A stretch of DNA of 43,183 nucleotides from an uncultured Verrucomicrobiota bacterium (GTDB lineage: Bacteria; Verrucomicrobiota; Verrucomicrobiia; Limisphaerales; UBA9464), in contig CAZZKQ010000001.1 of assembly GCA_964654875.1 (NCBI GenBank), positions 1 to 43,183 of the forward strand, written 5' to 3'. The translations under genes and the position numbers were made by a program. The notes under the pieces are model-generated. The model did not search any database, was not told where the DNA came from, and saw only the letters and a program-made list of their open reading frames with translations. The stretch's first letter is position 1. Each line of letters starts with the position of its first letter. This document shows positions 1 through 9,330 of this stretch, piece by piece.

Positions 1-2
1 GG

Positions 3-236
3 AAGAAGGCCTTCCAGCTCGCCAAGGCCGACCACAAGCTCGTCCGCTTCTACCTCCCTCTGGCGCCGGACGATCCGGAGCAGCCCGTCTGGTCCGTCAT
101 CCGCAAGCTCTCCGACAAGATCGGGGAAGGCGTCACCTCCCACATGCGGGCCATCGCCCGGCAGAATCCGCTCCTTCACGGCATTATCCACCGCGTCGAT
201 TTCAACGCCACCACCCACGGCCAGCGCGACCACAGA
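3..236 (+). pseudogene. hsdM: Type I R-M methyltransferase HsdM, N-terminal-domain fragment only (about 78 codons, no methyltransferase domain follows)
   Basis: Frame-3 translation reads [76 protein letters not shown]. This resembles the HsdM_N helical domain (the ...NP.L.gi...vdFn... pattern). The reading frame then runs into unrelated sequence. Confidence 0.5.
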
Positions 237-249
237 GGTGATTCCTTTG

Positions 250-593
250 CGAGGCCGGCCGCGATTGTCAGATACGCTGTTTCTATTCTTCTACCTGCTG
301 CATCCAGAAGTGCGGTCGGACCTTGCCGGAAAGATGGAGGGCAGCACGGAACGGCAGCGACTAAGCAAGAGCATCCTTGGCGACTGTCTCATCCCCCTTC
401 CCCCCTCCCCGAACAAAAGAAGATCGCGCACATCCTTTCGACGGTGCAGCGGGCGATCGAAGCTCAGGAGCGGATCATTCAGACCACCACCGAGCTGAAA
501 AATGTCCTCATGCACAAGCTCTTCACCGAAGGCCTCCGCCACGAACTGATGACCGCGAAGACCCGCGTTCACGAACTGGGGATTTCCGGATGA
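250..593 (+). pseudogene. hsdS: Type I R-M specificity subunit HsdS fragment (end of one TRD plus the central conserved helix), frameshifted and truncated
   Basis: One frame reads [45 protein letters not shown]. Another frame reads [45 protein letters not shown], the classic HsdS conserved region. The frame switch falls inside the C-rich run around 392-410. The stop comes right after the conserved helix, so there is no second TRD. Confidence 0.6.
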
Positions 594-617
594 AAACCAA
601 GAAACCAATGCAAAGCC

Positions 618-1802
618 ATGAGTCTTGAAAATCATTCAGCACCGGGTCCAGCAGCCGGGTATGCATTTGAGTTCGAACGTGCTCTCCATTGGCTCGCACG
701 GAGCTCGGCCGGTTTCTTGATCGGAATTGAAACCGACGATGACGTCGCCATCAGGCACCAGGATGGTTCACGGACTCTCGAACAGAATAAGCATTCGATT
801 CAGGAGGACGCAGAGCCATTTGGGAACCGCTCGAAAGACCTTTGGAACACCCTCTCAATATGGGTGACTGCACTTGAAGATGGAGAATTGGATGCCACCA
901 AAACGCGGTTTCTGATGGTCACCAACAAGGCCTTGCCCGACTGCATCGCGAAACGAATTTCACAAGCTAAAACAGACGATGAAATCACTGCATGCCTGCA
1001 GGAGCTGAAACTAGCTGCTGTGAAGCCGTCTGAAACCATCCGCGCATACACGGATAAAGTGCTCGCTGCCACATCGGAGCCACATCTGCGCGCTGTGATC
1101 AAACACTGCGAGTTGGCTGATGCAGCGAGCGGAGCCAGCGGACCCGACCTTCGGAGACAAACAATCGCTGAGCTTCCGATCCCTAATTGGTTCACTAACG
1201 ACGCTGATTCCATAGCGAACGAATTGCTGGGATGGGTTAAGACACAGGTTCTGGCACTATGGCAGGCTAGACAGCCCGCTTGGATCTCGCGAGACAGTTT
1301 TGTCACTCAATTCCATGCAGTCCTGAACCGACGCAAGCGTCAGCAGACACGAGAACGGGCAGCCAATCTGATTCCAGTGATTGATGAACAGTTAGGGCAA
1401 GAGAAAGGGCGGGTTTTCGTAAAACAGATCTACTTGGTCACGGATGAGGACAGCCGCGTTGATGAAGCCATCCGAGAGTTTATCCGCTGTCGGATTGAAA
1501 AGAGCCGGCTTTCAGCCGACGGGAATATCACAGATCAAGATTGGATTGATTTTGATGAATCGCTAAAGACGAGGTGGTCGAAGATTTTCAGTCTCCAGAG
1601 GCGCCTAAGCAAGGCTGACCCTGAAGAGGATGTCGGTTTCAAAGTGTTGTGCGAGACTACCGATGAGCACAGGGAGCGGCTCGCCGGGGTAGAGACAGAG
1701 CAGGTCTATTTGACCGCAGGCACCTACCACCGGTTGGCTGATCAATTGGATGTTGGCTGGCATCCGCGCTACGAGGAATTGGTAAAGCAGGAGGAACTAT
1801 GA
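618..1802 (+). CDS. lmuA: Lamassu LmuA / DdmA-like effector (ABC-3C effector component) with an N-terminal PD-(D/E)xK, DUF4297/Cap4-type nuclease head
   Basis: 394-aa ORF. The N-terminus has AGYAFEFERAL...IGIETDDDVAIRHQDGSRTLEQNKHS, matching the E-x-DD ... (E/Q)xK restriction-endonuclease-fold pattern typical of DUF4297. An ATGA overlap with the next gene lies at 1799-1802. Confidence 0.7.
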   Translation: MSLENHSAPGPAAGYAFEFERALHWLARSSAGFLIGIETDDDVAIRHQDGSRTLEQNKHSIQEDAEPFGNRSKDLWNTLSIWVTALEDGELDATKTRFLMVTNKALPDCIAKRISQAKTDDEITACLQELKLAAVKPSETIRAYTDKVLAATSEPHLRAVIKHCELADAASGASGPDLRRQTIAELPIPNWFTNDADSIANELLGWVKTQVLALWQARQPAWISRDSFVTQFHAVLNRRKRQQTRERAANLIPVIDEQLGQEKGRVFVKQIYLVTDEDSRVDEAIREFIRCRIEKSRLSADGNITDQDWIDFDESLKTRWSKIFSLQRRLSKADPEEDVGFKVLCETTDEHRERLAGVETEQVYLTAGTYHRLADQLDVGWHPRYEELVKQEEL

Positions 1803-2287
1803 AAGATATCCTTTTTGAACAGCAGATTGTGCAAAATCCCGGACTGGGAGCCGAAACGCTATGGTATGCAGTCAACGAAGCCTACGAGGAGAAGAATCGG
1901 ACTGGAGGCATGCCGCTTTTTATGGCGTTCATCGTTCTGCCCTTAACATTCCACAGGCGTTCCGCCAACGCACTTGCTTCCAAAGTAAAACCCGGAGCCC
2001 TTTACAAGGCTGTAGCAAGCGACCGCGAAATCAGGGTAGGCGTTCAACAAAGAATGGAGGCCCTCTCAGAACGCACGCTGCAGTCACTATCTGTCGCATT
2101 CTCGACAGGATTGTTGCTGCTCGATAGCGAGGAGAGTCCTCAGCTTATTCCTGGCAGGAAATCTCCCCCTGTCGCTCACGCCACCGAGGAAGTGAAAACC
2201 GTCCTCGCCGCGGCCAAGAGGGTTGGACAGGCGACTGCCGAACTGGCGTCCGCACAAATTGCCACACACCTCAATATTCGATTCTGA
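1799..2287 (+). CDS. lmuC: Small middle component of the Lamassu/ABC-3C system (LmuC / DdmB-like)
   Basis: 162-aa ORF translationally coupled on both sides (ATGA at 1799-1802, TGATG at 2285-2289). The call rests on its position between the effector and the SMC-like ATPase. I recognised no motif myself. Confidence 0.55.
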   Translation: MKDILFEQQIVQNPGLGAETLWYAVNEAYEEKNRTGGMPLFMAFIVLPLTFHRRSANALASKVKPGALYKAVASDREIRVGVQQRMEALSERTLQSLSVAFSTGLLLLDSEESPQLIPGRKSPPVAHATEEVKTVLAAAKRVGQATAELASAQIATHLNIRF

Positions 2288-4269
2288 TGAAACTCGCCAT
2301 ACTTAAAATCGTTCTTTGGCCAAAGCAGGCCCAGTTGCCTCCCCGAGTGATTCCATTTTTAGCGGACAAGATCAACGTAATCACTGGTGAAAGCGCGACT
2401 GGCAAATCCTCGTTAACGGCTATCATCGACTACTGTCTCGGCAGTGGGAAATGCGCCATTCCGGTCGGCTTGATACGCGATGTTAGCGAGTGGTTCGGTC
2501 TCCATATAAAGCTGGCAAACACCGAGCTGATTGTTGCACGGAGAAACCCAGGCGACCAACAGACCACAACCGATTTGTACTGGATTGAAGGCGTTAACCT
2601 TCAGGTGCCCAATCGAGTTGAAAAAAATGGCCGCGTCGAAGACTTGAAAAGCCGATTGGATCAAGCTGCGCAACTTCCCCATTTAGAGCTGAGTGCTGAC
2701 GATTCCATCGGATACGGAGGGCGTCCAAGTTTTCGGGATATGGCGGCTTTCAATTTTCAGCCCCAGCACATCGTTGCAAACCCATACACCCTATTTTTCA
2801 AGGCAGATACTACCGAACATCGGGAGAAACTGCGTGCGATGTTCCCATTGGTTCTTGGAGCCGTTGATTCGTCAACATTGGAAAAACAGCGTGAGTTTAA
2901 AGATCTCGCCAAAGAACACGACAAGTTGCGGCGGGAGCTGGACGCTCGTTTAGATGCGGCCAAAGTATGGGAAGCGGAAGTCGAGAGCTACTATCTACAG
3001 GCGAAGGCCCTTGGTCTCTTGCCCAACAGTCCGAACCCCGATGCGTCTTGGAAACTCGATAGATACGTGCTCGAACTGAGGCCTGTTCCTGAGAATATTA
3101 AGAGGCACGATATTCCAGAAATCAAAGAAGGAACAAGCGAAGAGGCTGTCGCGCAGCTCACACAAATCCTTGGCGAGGAGGACCGCCTTGCACGGCAGAT
3201 TGGGTCGGTTCGACAGCGGCTCTCGAAATTGGATCAACTCGCTGCCTCTGTTGGGGAGTATGGGGTGACGCTTTCCGACCAGAAGGATCGAATGCTTGGA
3301 GTTGGATGGCTAGAGCGGAAGTTGCAGGCGGCTCATACCTGCCCGGTTTGTTCGGCTGTCCATGAAGGAGGAAACGAACACCTCGGGGAGCTTCAAAGGC
3401 TGGCACACGAACTAAGTGTTCTGTCAAACTCGGTGGCCCAAGCTCCTGCGAAACTAGATCAGGAGCTTGCGGAACTTCGTACTGAGTTGCGTTCACTAGA
3501 GCAGGACATTTCGAAGACTCGCAAGAAGAGACAGTTCCTTGAATCCCAGTCCCAAGAGATGTCCGCGCAGCGCCAACGTGTAAGGCAGATCTATTTGTTT
3601 GTTGGTCGCGTGGAGCAAGCACTGGATAATCTCTCCGCAAGCAGGAATGTGGGCGATCTCAAAGAGCGCGTGGACCAGCTATTCCGTCGCATCCAAGACC
3701 TTCGCAATGAATTGGACCCACGGGCACAACGTGAGCGGGAGCGGGCGGCGATTGAATCTGTTTCATCCCGCATTCACGATCATGCGCGAGACCTCCAACT
3801 TGAGCACGCAGCGGAGAACGTCAGGCTGAACATTCGGGAATTGACACTCCAGTTCACTACCCTTTCAGGGCGGACGGACTTTCTCTGGGAGGTTGGAAGC
3901 GGGCAAAACTGGGTCGGCTACCACATCTCATGTTTACTTGCATTACATGAACATTTCTTCGGACTCCCCAATAGCCCAGTTCCTCGGTTCCTCGTGATTG
4001 ACCAGCCGAGCCAGGTCTATTTCCCCGAAGCGTGGCCGACATTGAACGAAACACCGGGCGGTAAGTCTGCGGATATTGAGGGCGTGCAACGGATTTTCTC
4101 CGCACTTTCCAAGTTTCTCGAATCATTGCCGGAGCCCTTTCAAATCATCGTTTCTGAGCATGCTGGCGCAATTACGTGGCAAGGCTTGAGGAATGTTAAC
4201 GTAGTGGCCAATTGGCGCGAGGGGCAAGGCGATTACCTGATTCCCGCATCATGGCTGAAAGACGTCTGA
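2287..4269 (+). CDS. lmuB: Lamassu LmuB / DdmC-like SMC/Rad50-type ABC ATPase (DUF3732 family)
   Basis: 660 aa. Walker A is GESATGKSS. A long central heptad-rich coiled coil carries a CPVC zinc-hook-like motif (AAHTCPVCSAV). The C-terminal FLVIDQPSQVYFPE is the Walker B/D-loop signature typical of DUF3732. Confidence 0.85.
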   Translation: MKLAILKIVLWPKQAQLPPRVIPFLADKINVITGESATGKSSLTAIIDYCLGSGKCAIPVGLIRDVSEWFGLHIKLANTELIVARRNPGDQQTTTDLYWIEGVNLQVPNRVEKNGRVEDLKSRLDQAAQLPHLELSADDSIGYGGRPSFRDMAAFNFQPQHIVANPYTLFFKADTTEHREKLRAMFPLVLGAVDSSTLEKQREFKDLAKEHDKLRRELDARLDAAKVWEAEVESYYLQAKALGLLPNSPNPDASWKLDRYVLELRPVPENIKRHDIPEIKEGTSEEAVAQLTQILGEEDRLARQIGSVRQRLSKLDQLAASVGEYGVTLSDQKDRMLGVGWLERKLQAAHTCPVCSAVHEGGNEHLGELQRLAHELSVLSNSVAQAPAKLDQELAELRTELRSLEQDISKTRKKRQFLESQSQEMSAQRQRVRQIYLFVGRVEQALDNLSASRNVGDLKERVDQLFRRIQDLRNELDPRAQRERERAAIESVSSRIHDHARDLQLEHAAENVRLNIRELTLQFTTLSGRTDFLWEVGSGQNWVGYHISCLLALHEHFFGLPNSPVPRFLVIDQPSQVYFPEAWPTLNETPGGKSADIEGVQRIFSALSKFLESLPEPFQIIVSEHAGAITWQGLRNVNVVANWREGQGDYLIPASWLKDV

Positions 4270-4306
4270 ATACAAGATTCCAAGCTCACACTGGAGAACA
4301 CACGAA

Positions 4307-4936
4307 ATGGCTAACATTCAGATCACCGACTACGAGGCCTTCGCTAAGGAGTTCATTGAGGAGTATTTATCGCGGGGGCTTGGCGCTCTGGGAAAACGTG
4401 ATATTGACATCTTGGTGATGCACTTGCTTGAGACGCATGGGAACACCCGTATGAAGGGGAATCAGGCCCTGAGCATCGACCTTCAGACCGATGTATCGAC
4501 GATCAAATTGTTGCGCTACAAATCAAAACTGCGATACCCATCGAAAGACGCCGCATTTGTCGCCAGAGACTTCCTCTACGTCCTCGCTTTAGCCCAGTTC
4601 GAAGCGGAAAAGGGGCGGCTAGTTTTCATCATCGAAGACTCCTTTATTCGGAACGTCATTCAGGGGCGTCTTAAATCTCAAGGGGCTCTTTTCGATAGCT
4701 CCTTCAACTCGGAGATTTTCAAGGTTCGGGTAGAACATCTCAAGCCAATCTTGATTGAATACTACGGCGCGTCGATTGCCGATCCCTTTGTCAAAGACAT
4801 GAACAAAATCGTGGCGAAGGAGGGCAAACTGAAGTTTTCAGAGATCAAGAACGCTTTTGTCCTTGGCGCTGCGAATGGACTTGGCGCCTCTGTTGTAACT
4901 CTTGTGAAGGGGCTGCTCACCCAAGGAGCCGCTTAA
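4307..4936 (+). CDS. Hypothetical protein, fourth gene of the cassette (no domain recognised)
   Basis: 209-aa ORF on the same strand, 37 nt after lmuB and ending 5 nt before the hsdR fragment. Composition looks coding. I recognised no motif. Confidence 0.55.
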   Translation: MANIQITDYEAFAKEFIEEYLSRGLGALGKRDIDILVMHLLETHGNTRMKGNQALSIDLQTDVSTIKLLRYKSKLRYPSKDAAFVARDFLYVLALAQFEAEKGRLVFIIEDSFIRNVIQGRLKSQGALFDSSFNSEIFKVRVEHLKPILIEYYGASIADPFVKDMNKIVAKEGKLKFSEIKNAFVLGAANGLGASVVTLVKGLLTQGAA

Positions 4937-4941
4937 TCAAG

Positions 4942-5286
4942 ATGCCCACACCCGGAGAACACAAAACCGTCCAAGCCCGGATCCTCGCCTACGCCGAGGC
5001 CATCGGTTGGACGATGGTGTCCCGCGAGGAAGCCGAGCAGCGGCGCGGGTTTGATCCGGAGGTGCCACCTGCCGACCGAGCCAGGAATCGCTCGCTCTTC
5101 TTCGACGACCTGCTCGACGCCAAGGTACGGGAATTCAATCCGCACTACGCCGAGGCCGAGGGCGCCTTGCTCGGGCAGTTCCGCCATCTCCACACCGACA
5201 TCTACGGCAACCGGGAATTTGTCGAGCACCGCGATCGTATTCGGGAAGAAATGGCGACCGTTGGCCGAATGCTGCTCGGAATCTGA
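4942..5286 (+). pseudogene. hsdR: Type I restriction enzyme HsdR, N-terminal fragment only (114 codons)
   Basis: MPTPGEHKTVQARILAYAEAIGWTMVSREEAEQRRGFD...HTDIYGNREFVEH resembles the N-terminal nuclease-domain lead-in of HsdR. The ORF stops long before any helicase motif. Confidence 0.55.
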
Positions 5287-5478
5287 AAGAATGACCCCTT
5301 TAAAACTGGAAAACCCGTCTTGCCCGCCAGACCGCAGTGACGGCCCACTGAGTCTGAATGAGTTAATCCGGTTTATTGATGCCATCTCCTGCCAGGAACT
5401 AATTGAATTTGAGTAAGATGGGTTTGAGATTGAAATGCTAAGTGGCTCGTTTAGGTTTTCAAGACAATCATCAATGGC

Positions 5479-6645
5479 ATGGTTACTCGTAAACATTATC
5501 TGGAACTGATCCGGGAGCGGCTGAAGAGCTTCCCCGTGGTGTCAGTGCTCGGGCCAAGGCAGGTGGGCAAAACAACGCTGGCCCAGGAGATTGCCGGCGA
5601 GCAGCCAAGTCACTTCTTTGACCTGGAAGACGTGGACGCGCTGGCGCGGTTGGCGGCACCGAAGATGGCTTTGGAACGGTTGGAGGGGTTGGTGGTGCTG
5701 GATGAGGTGCAGCGCAAGCCGGAGCTGTTCGCGATGCTGCGAGTGCTGGCTGACCGCAAGCCGGGGAAGGCGCGTTTTCTTCTCACGGGCAGCGCGTCGC
5801 CGTCACTGGTGCGCGGGGTGTCGGAATCATTGGCGGGCCGGGTGGCGCTGGTGGACGTGGCGGGCTTCAACCTAGAGGAAGTGGGCGAGGCGGAGTGGCG
5901 GAAGCTGTGGTGGCGGGGCGGATTTCCGCGGGCATATCTGGCTTCCACAGATGCCGGGAGCCGGCAGTGGCAGGAGGAGTTTGTGCGAACCTTGCTGGAG
6001 CGGGACATGCCGCAGTTGGGGATCTCTGTGGCCTCCTCGGCCTTGCGGCGATTCTGGACGATGCTGACCCATTACCACGCGCAGATCTGGAAAGGCTCGG
6101 AACTGGCACGCTCGCTGGGCGCGTCCGAACCGACGATGCGCAAGTATCTGGATCTGCTGAGCTCGACCTTCATGGTGCGGCAACTGGCGCCGTGGCATGA
6201 GAACCTCGGCAAGCGGCAGGTGAAAGCGCCGAAGGTTTACCTCAGGGATTCCGGACTGCTGCACTGCCTGATGCGGCAGTTGTCCTTCGCCGATCTGGAA
6301 GCACATCCGAAACTGGGCGCGTCGTGGGAGGGATTTGCTCTCGAACAGGTCTTGAGTATCACCGGCGACCGCGACGCCTATTTCTGGGCCACGCACGGGG
6401 GCGCGGAACTGGATTTGCTGGTGAACCGGGGCGGGAAGAAATACGGCTTCGAGTTCAAGTATGGAGACGCGCCGTCCATGACGAAGTCCATGCACACGTC
6501 GTTGAATGATTTGAAACTGGAGCGGTTGGTCGTGGTGCATCCGGGCAAGGATTCCTACGAGATGAACGACCAGACGGAGGCGGTGGCCATCACCCATCTG
6601 CGGGCGCGGCTGTCGCAACTGGGCATGGGAGGGGAACAAACATGA
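5479..6645 (+). CDS. AAA+ ATPase with a C-terminal DUF4143 domain (COG1373-type)
   Basis: 388 aa. Walker A is GPRQVGKTT and Walker B-like is LVVLDEVQ. The overall pattern matches the ATPase-DUF4143 family (...YLRDSGLLH..., FWATHGGAELDLL). Confidence 0.85.
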   Translation: MVTRKHYLELIRERLKSFPVVSVLGPRQVGKTTLAQEIAGEQPSHFFDLEDVDALARLAAPKMALERLEGLVVLDEVQRKPELFAMLRVLADRKPGKARFLLTGSASPSLVRGVSESLAGRVALVDVAGFNLEEVGEAEWRKLWWRGGFPRAYLASTDAGSRQWQEEFVRTLLERDMPQLGISVASSALRRFWTMLTHYHAQIWKGSELARSLGASEPTMRKYLDLLSSTFMVRQLAPWHENLGKRQVKAPKVYLRDSGLLHCLMRQLSFADLEAHPKLGASWEGFALEQVLSITGDRDAYFWATHGGAELDLLVNRGGKKYGFEFKYGDAPSMTKSMHTSLNDLKLERLVVVHPGKDSYEMNDQTEAVAITHLRARLSQLGMGGEQT

Positions 6646-6844
6646 TCCGGATCCCTTGAGTGAGTTCTGGGCAAAAGGAACTGGTACATCCAAAATCGGA
6701 AACCGTTCCCTGACCCCGTCTCCAATGCGCATCCACAATCGTGTTTCCGTAAACACAGAAATACGCCGACGGGAACTGGCCCGGTCGGCGTTTGAAGGAC
6801 CCTTCGGCAGGAAGGGCAGGGGACCTTGAGGGTCCGGAGCGCTT

Positions 6845-7072
6845 TTAGCGCCGGAGGAACTGGCTCAACAGGTCGTCGAAGACTTCCCGTGGAATCTCGA
6901 CGACGTCCTCGTGCCCGGGGACGGTCAGTTGGGCCTTGTCCACCTTGGGCAGCACATGGCCCTGGACGAGCACGGTGTTGCGATCGGTGACGATAATTCC
7001 GGGGCACATGCCATTGCCGCAGCCCCGCGGAGAGTAGTGGTCGATGACTTTCATCACCCCACACTTCCGCAT
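6845..7072 (-). CDS. Small hypothetical protein (69-75 aa), faintly DUF397-like
   Basis: Isolated ORF with an alternative start at 7054 (MKVIDHYSPRGCGNGMCPGIIVTDRNTVLVQG...). The family assignment is weak. Confidence 0.35.
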   Translation of the reverse strand: MRKCGVMKVIDHYSPRGCGNGMCPGIIVTDRNTVLVQGHVLPKVDKAQLTVPGHEDVVEIPREVFDDLLSQFLRR

Positions 7073-7147
7073 CTATTTCGGGGGTCCGTCCAATCTATTT
7101 CAGGAAAGTTGCCGACCCTGGACATTGGCACAAAACCTCAAGGTCCG

Positions 7148-7561
7148 TCAGGTCCCGGAGGGCTCAAAACGCTTCACGTCCTTGAACCGGTCGAAGTCCC
7201 GGTCAAACGAGGCGATGGGTACACCTTGGTGGGCCGCGATGGCAGCCACCAAGGCATCGGGGAAGTCGACCGGCTGGGACTTGAACCGCTCCAAAGCGTC
7301 CAGCGTGACCTCTTCCAAGGGCACCTTGAGGCGACACCCAGTGATGAGGTCACGGATGGCGTCCGCCACCTCCGCCTGGTCCTGCTTGTAGAAGCTGGTC
7401 AGGACGAACGCGGTCTCAGCGACAATCGTCGGTTCGAGGTGCAGCTCGACCTTTCCCGAGGCGCTCTGGAGGAAAAGGTCGGCGGCCGCCGAACTCATCG
7501 TCGGATGGTCGTTCTTGAGAAAACGGACCAGCAGGTTCGTGTCGAGGATGTAGCGTTTCAT
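7148..7561 (-). CDS. vapC: PIN-domain ribonuclease toxin VapC
   Basis: 137 aa. Acidic PIN residues are in the expected places (ILDTN, VAETAF, DFPDALVAA, SFDRDF). There is a 4-bp overlap with the upstream antitoxin gene. Confidence 0.9.
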   Translation of the reverse strand: MKRYILDTNLLVRFLKNDHPTMSSAAADLFLQSASGKVELHLEPTIVAETAFVLTSFYKQDQAEVADAIRDLITGCRLKVPLEEVTLDALERFKSQPVDFPDALVAAIAAHQGVPIASFDRDFDRFKDVKRFEPSGT

Positions 7562-7821
7562 CCTCGGCGATGCTTGGTGGCGTAGTGGCTGGCCCGGCTA
7601 GCGGCGACCGCGGCCTTCTCGGCCTCGATGCCAGGGAATGCCACATCCGACTTCAGGCAGCCGCGCAATTCACTCACGCCCCGGACGCGTCGGGCCACGA
7701 GCGTTTCTCCTTCGACCGACCAAGAGAGTCGAGACCCCGCCTGAACGGGGAAGATGCGGCGGACCTCCTCAGGAATGGTTACCTGCATCTTCGTGGTTAC
7801 GGTGGTGATGGTGCTTGCCAT
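7558..7821 (-). CDS. vapB: AbrB/SpoVT-type antitoxin (VapB-like)
   Basis: MASTITTVTTKMQVTIPEEVRRIFPVQAGSRLSW... is a swapped-hairpin AbrB-like N-terminus. The start is placed at the internal ATG at 7821 rather than the ORF-track start at 7881. The stop overlaps the vapC start. Confidence 0.75.
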   Translation of the reverse strand: MASTITTVTTKMQVTIPEEVRRIFPVQAGSRLSWSVEGETLVARRVRGVSELRGCLKSDVAFPGIEAEKAAVAASRASHYATKHRRG

Positions 7822-8055
7822 GATTCCAAGTATACCAGACGTCCAAGTAATGCTCAAGCGGCTCGAAATACCTCTTGCCATACAGTCCGATAAAATGGAT
7901 TATCAGACTAACAAGGCCAGAGAAGGGGACCCGTAGGACCGTATTTGTCCCACCTGACCGGTCAGATTCCCGCACAGTAAATGACGGAAATCCTTCATGT
8001 TCAGGCGGGTTTTCACCGACCATCGGTCAACACTCTCCTCTTCTGGCCACTGAGG

Positions 8056-9129
8056 ATGTCCGACCCCATGTCCAAAGACGGTCCTATCATTGTCCGGCGA
8101 AACAAACCTCAAGGCGTCGCCGTCAGCCCCCCACCGGAACTCACCGGAGAGTCGCCCGATGAGTCACGCCTCCTGGCCCCTGTTCTGCCTTCAGAACAGC
8201 GTCTCATCACCCAGGCGGAGTTCCAGCGCCTCGCCGACATCCCTCCCGAGGCGGAGTGGTTTGCGAACATCACCAACCCCCACACTCGCCGGGCCTACCG
8301 GAACGATGTTGGGCAGTTCATGAAGTTTGTTGGCATCGAGCACTTCACTGACTTCCGCATCGTCGCCCGAGCCCACGTCATTGCCTGGCGCAAGTCTTTG
8401 GAGGACAAGGCGATGGCTCCGGCAACCATCCGCCGGAAGCTCTCCGCTTTGTCCGACCTGTTCGACTACCTGTGCAAGGAAAACGCCATCGTTATCAACC
8501 CGGTCCACGGTGTCGAAAGGCCCACCGAAGGGGCGAATGAAGGGAAAACGCCCGCCATCTCTGACGAGCAGGCTCGGCAGCTCCTCAACGCTCCGGACCC
8601 CACGACCCTCAAAGGCAAGCGAGACCGGGCGATACTCGCTGTCCTCCTCTACCACGGCCTCCGTCGGGCGGAATTGTGCGCCTTGAAGGTTGAACACTTT
8701 GTGCAGCGCCGTGGGATCATGACCTTCACGGTGCACGGCAAGCGTGGAAAGCTCCGCTACCCCCCGGTGCACCCGAAAGCCCTCGCCTTGGTCCAGGACT
8801 ACCTCGATGCCTCCGGGCATGGGACGGATGCCAAGGGTGCCCTCTTCCGGCCAATGCGCAGGCCTGATGGGAAGTTGGAGAAGGCGCTGACCAGCGATTC
8901 GGTGTACCGGAACGTGGTGATGCACTACGCGAAAGCGATCGGCATCAGCATCGATGCCTTCGGACCGCACTCGCTCAGAGCAACCGCAGCAACGAACGCG
9001 CTCGAAAACGGAGCCGACATCGCGAAGGTGCAGGAATGGCTGGGTCATTCTGACATCTCCACGACCCGCCTTTACGACAAACGGCAGAGTCGACCTGCGG
9101 ACTCCCCCACGTTCAAAGTGTCGTATTAA
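8056..9129 (+). CDS. Tyrosine recombinase / phage-type integrase
   Basis: The C-terminal catalytic pattern is present: RDRAIL...LRRAEL, HSLRATAAT, LGHSDISTTRLY. The N-terminal SAM-like core-binding domain is also present. The start is uncertain (8056 or 8068, and the ORF is open from 7981). Confidence 0.9.
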   Translation: MSDPMSKDGPIIVRRNKPQGVAVSPPPELTGESPDESRLLAPVLPSEQRLITQAEFQRLADIPPEAEWFANITNPHTRRAYRNDVGQFMKFVGIEHFTDFRIVARAHVIAWRKSLEDKAMAPATIRRKLSALSDLFDYLCKENAIVINPVHGVERPTEGANEGKTPAISDEQARQLLNAPDPTTLKGKRDRAILAVLLYHGLRRAELCALKVEHFVQRRGIMTFTVHGKRGKLRYPPVHPKALALVQDYLDASGHGTDAKGALFRPMRRPDGKLEKALTSDSVYRNVVMHYAKAIGISIDAFGPHSLRATAATNALENGADIAKVQEWLGHSDISTTRLYDKRQSRPADSPTFKVSY

Positions 9130-9330
9130 ACCCTGTGCGTGATCGTGTTTACGTTGATCACGATCAATTCGTCTTCAACTCGCCGAACCCGGACTCTGAC
9201 CATCGTTGGGAGTCATGGAACGCGCACAGAGGACCTGTTCTTTTCCTTCTTTTTAGTAACCCGCTCCAGCAAGGCGGGATTTTTGCCGACCTTAGCCAGG
9301 TCGCACTTTGCATCTCTATAACCGTCGAAC

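Noticed and set aside
1-5286. A functional type I R-M system (hsdMSR)
   Set aside because: HsdM lacks its methyltransferase domain, HsdS is frameshifted and has at most one TRD end, and HsdR stops after 114 codons. Only fragments remain.
5291-5416. 41-codon ORF (MTPLKLENPSCPPDRSDGPLSLNELIRFIDAISCQELIEFE) after the hsdR stub
   Set aside because: It is too short and motif-free to support. It could equally be a remnant of whatever truncated hsdR.
5872-6756. 294-aa minus-strand ORF and other shadow ORFs over the DUF4143 ATPase, vapBC and integrase genes (also 6911-7585, 8191-9048, 6555-7064)
   Set aside because: They are antisense to genes with clear catalytic motifs and have no motifs of their own.
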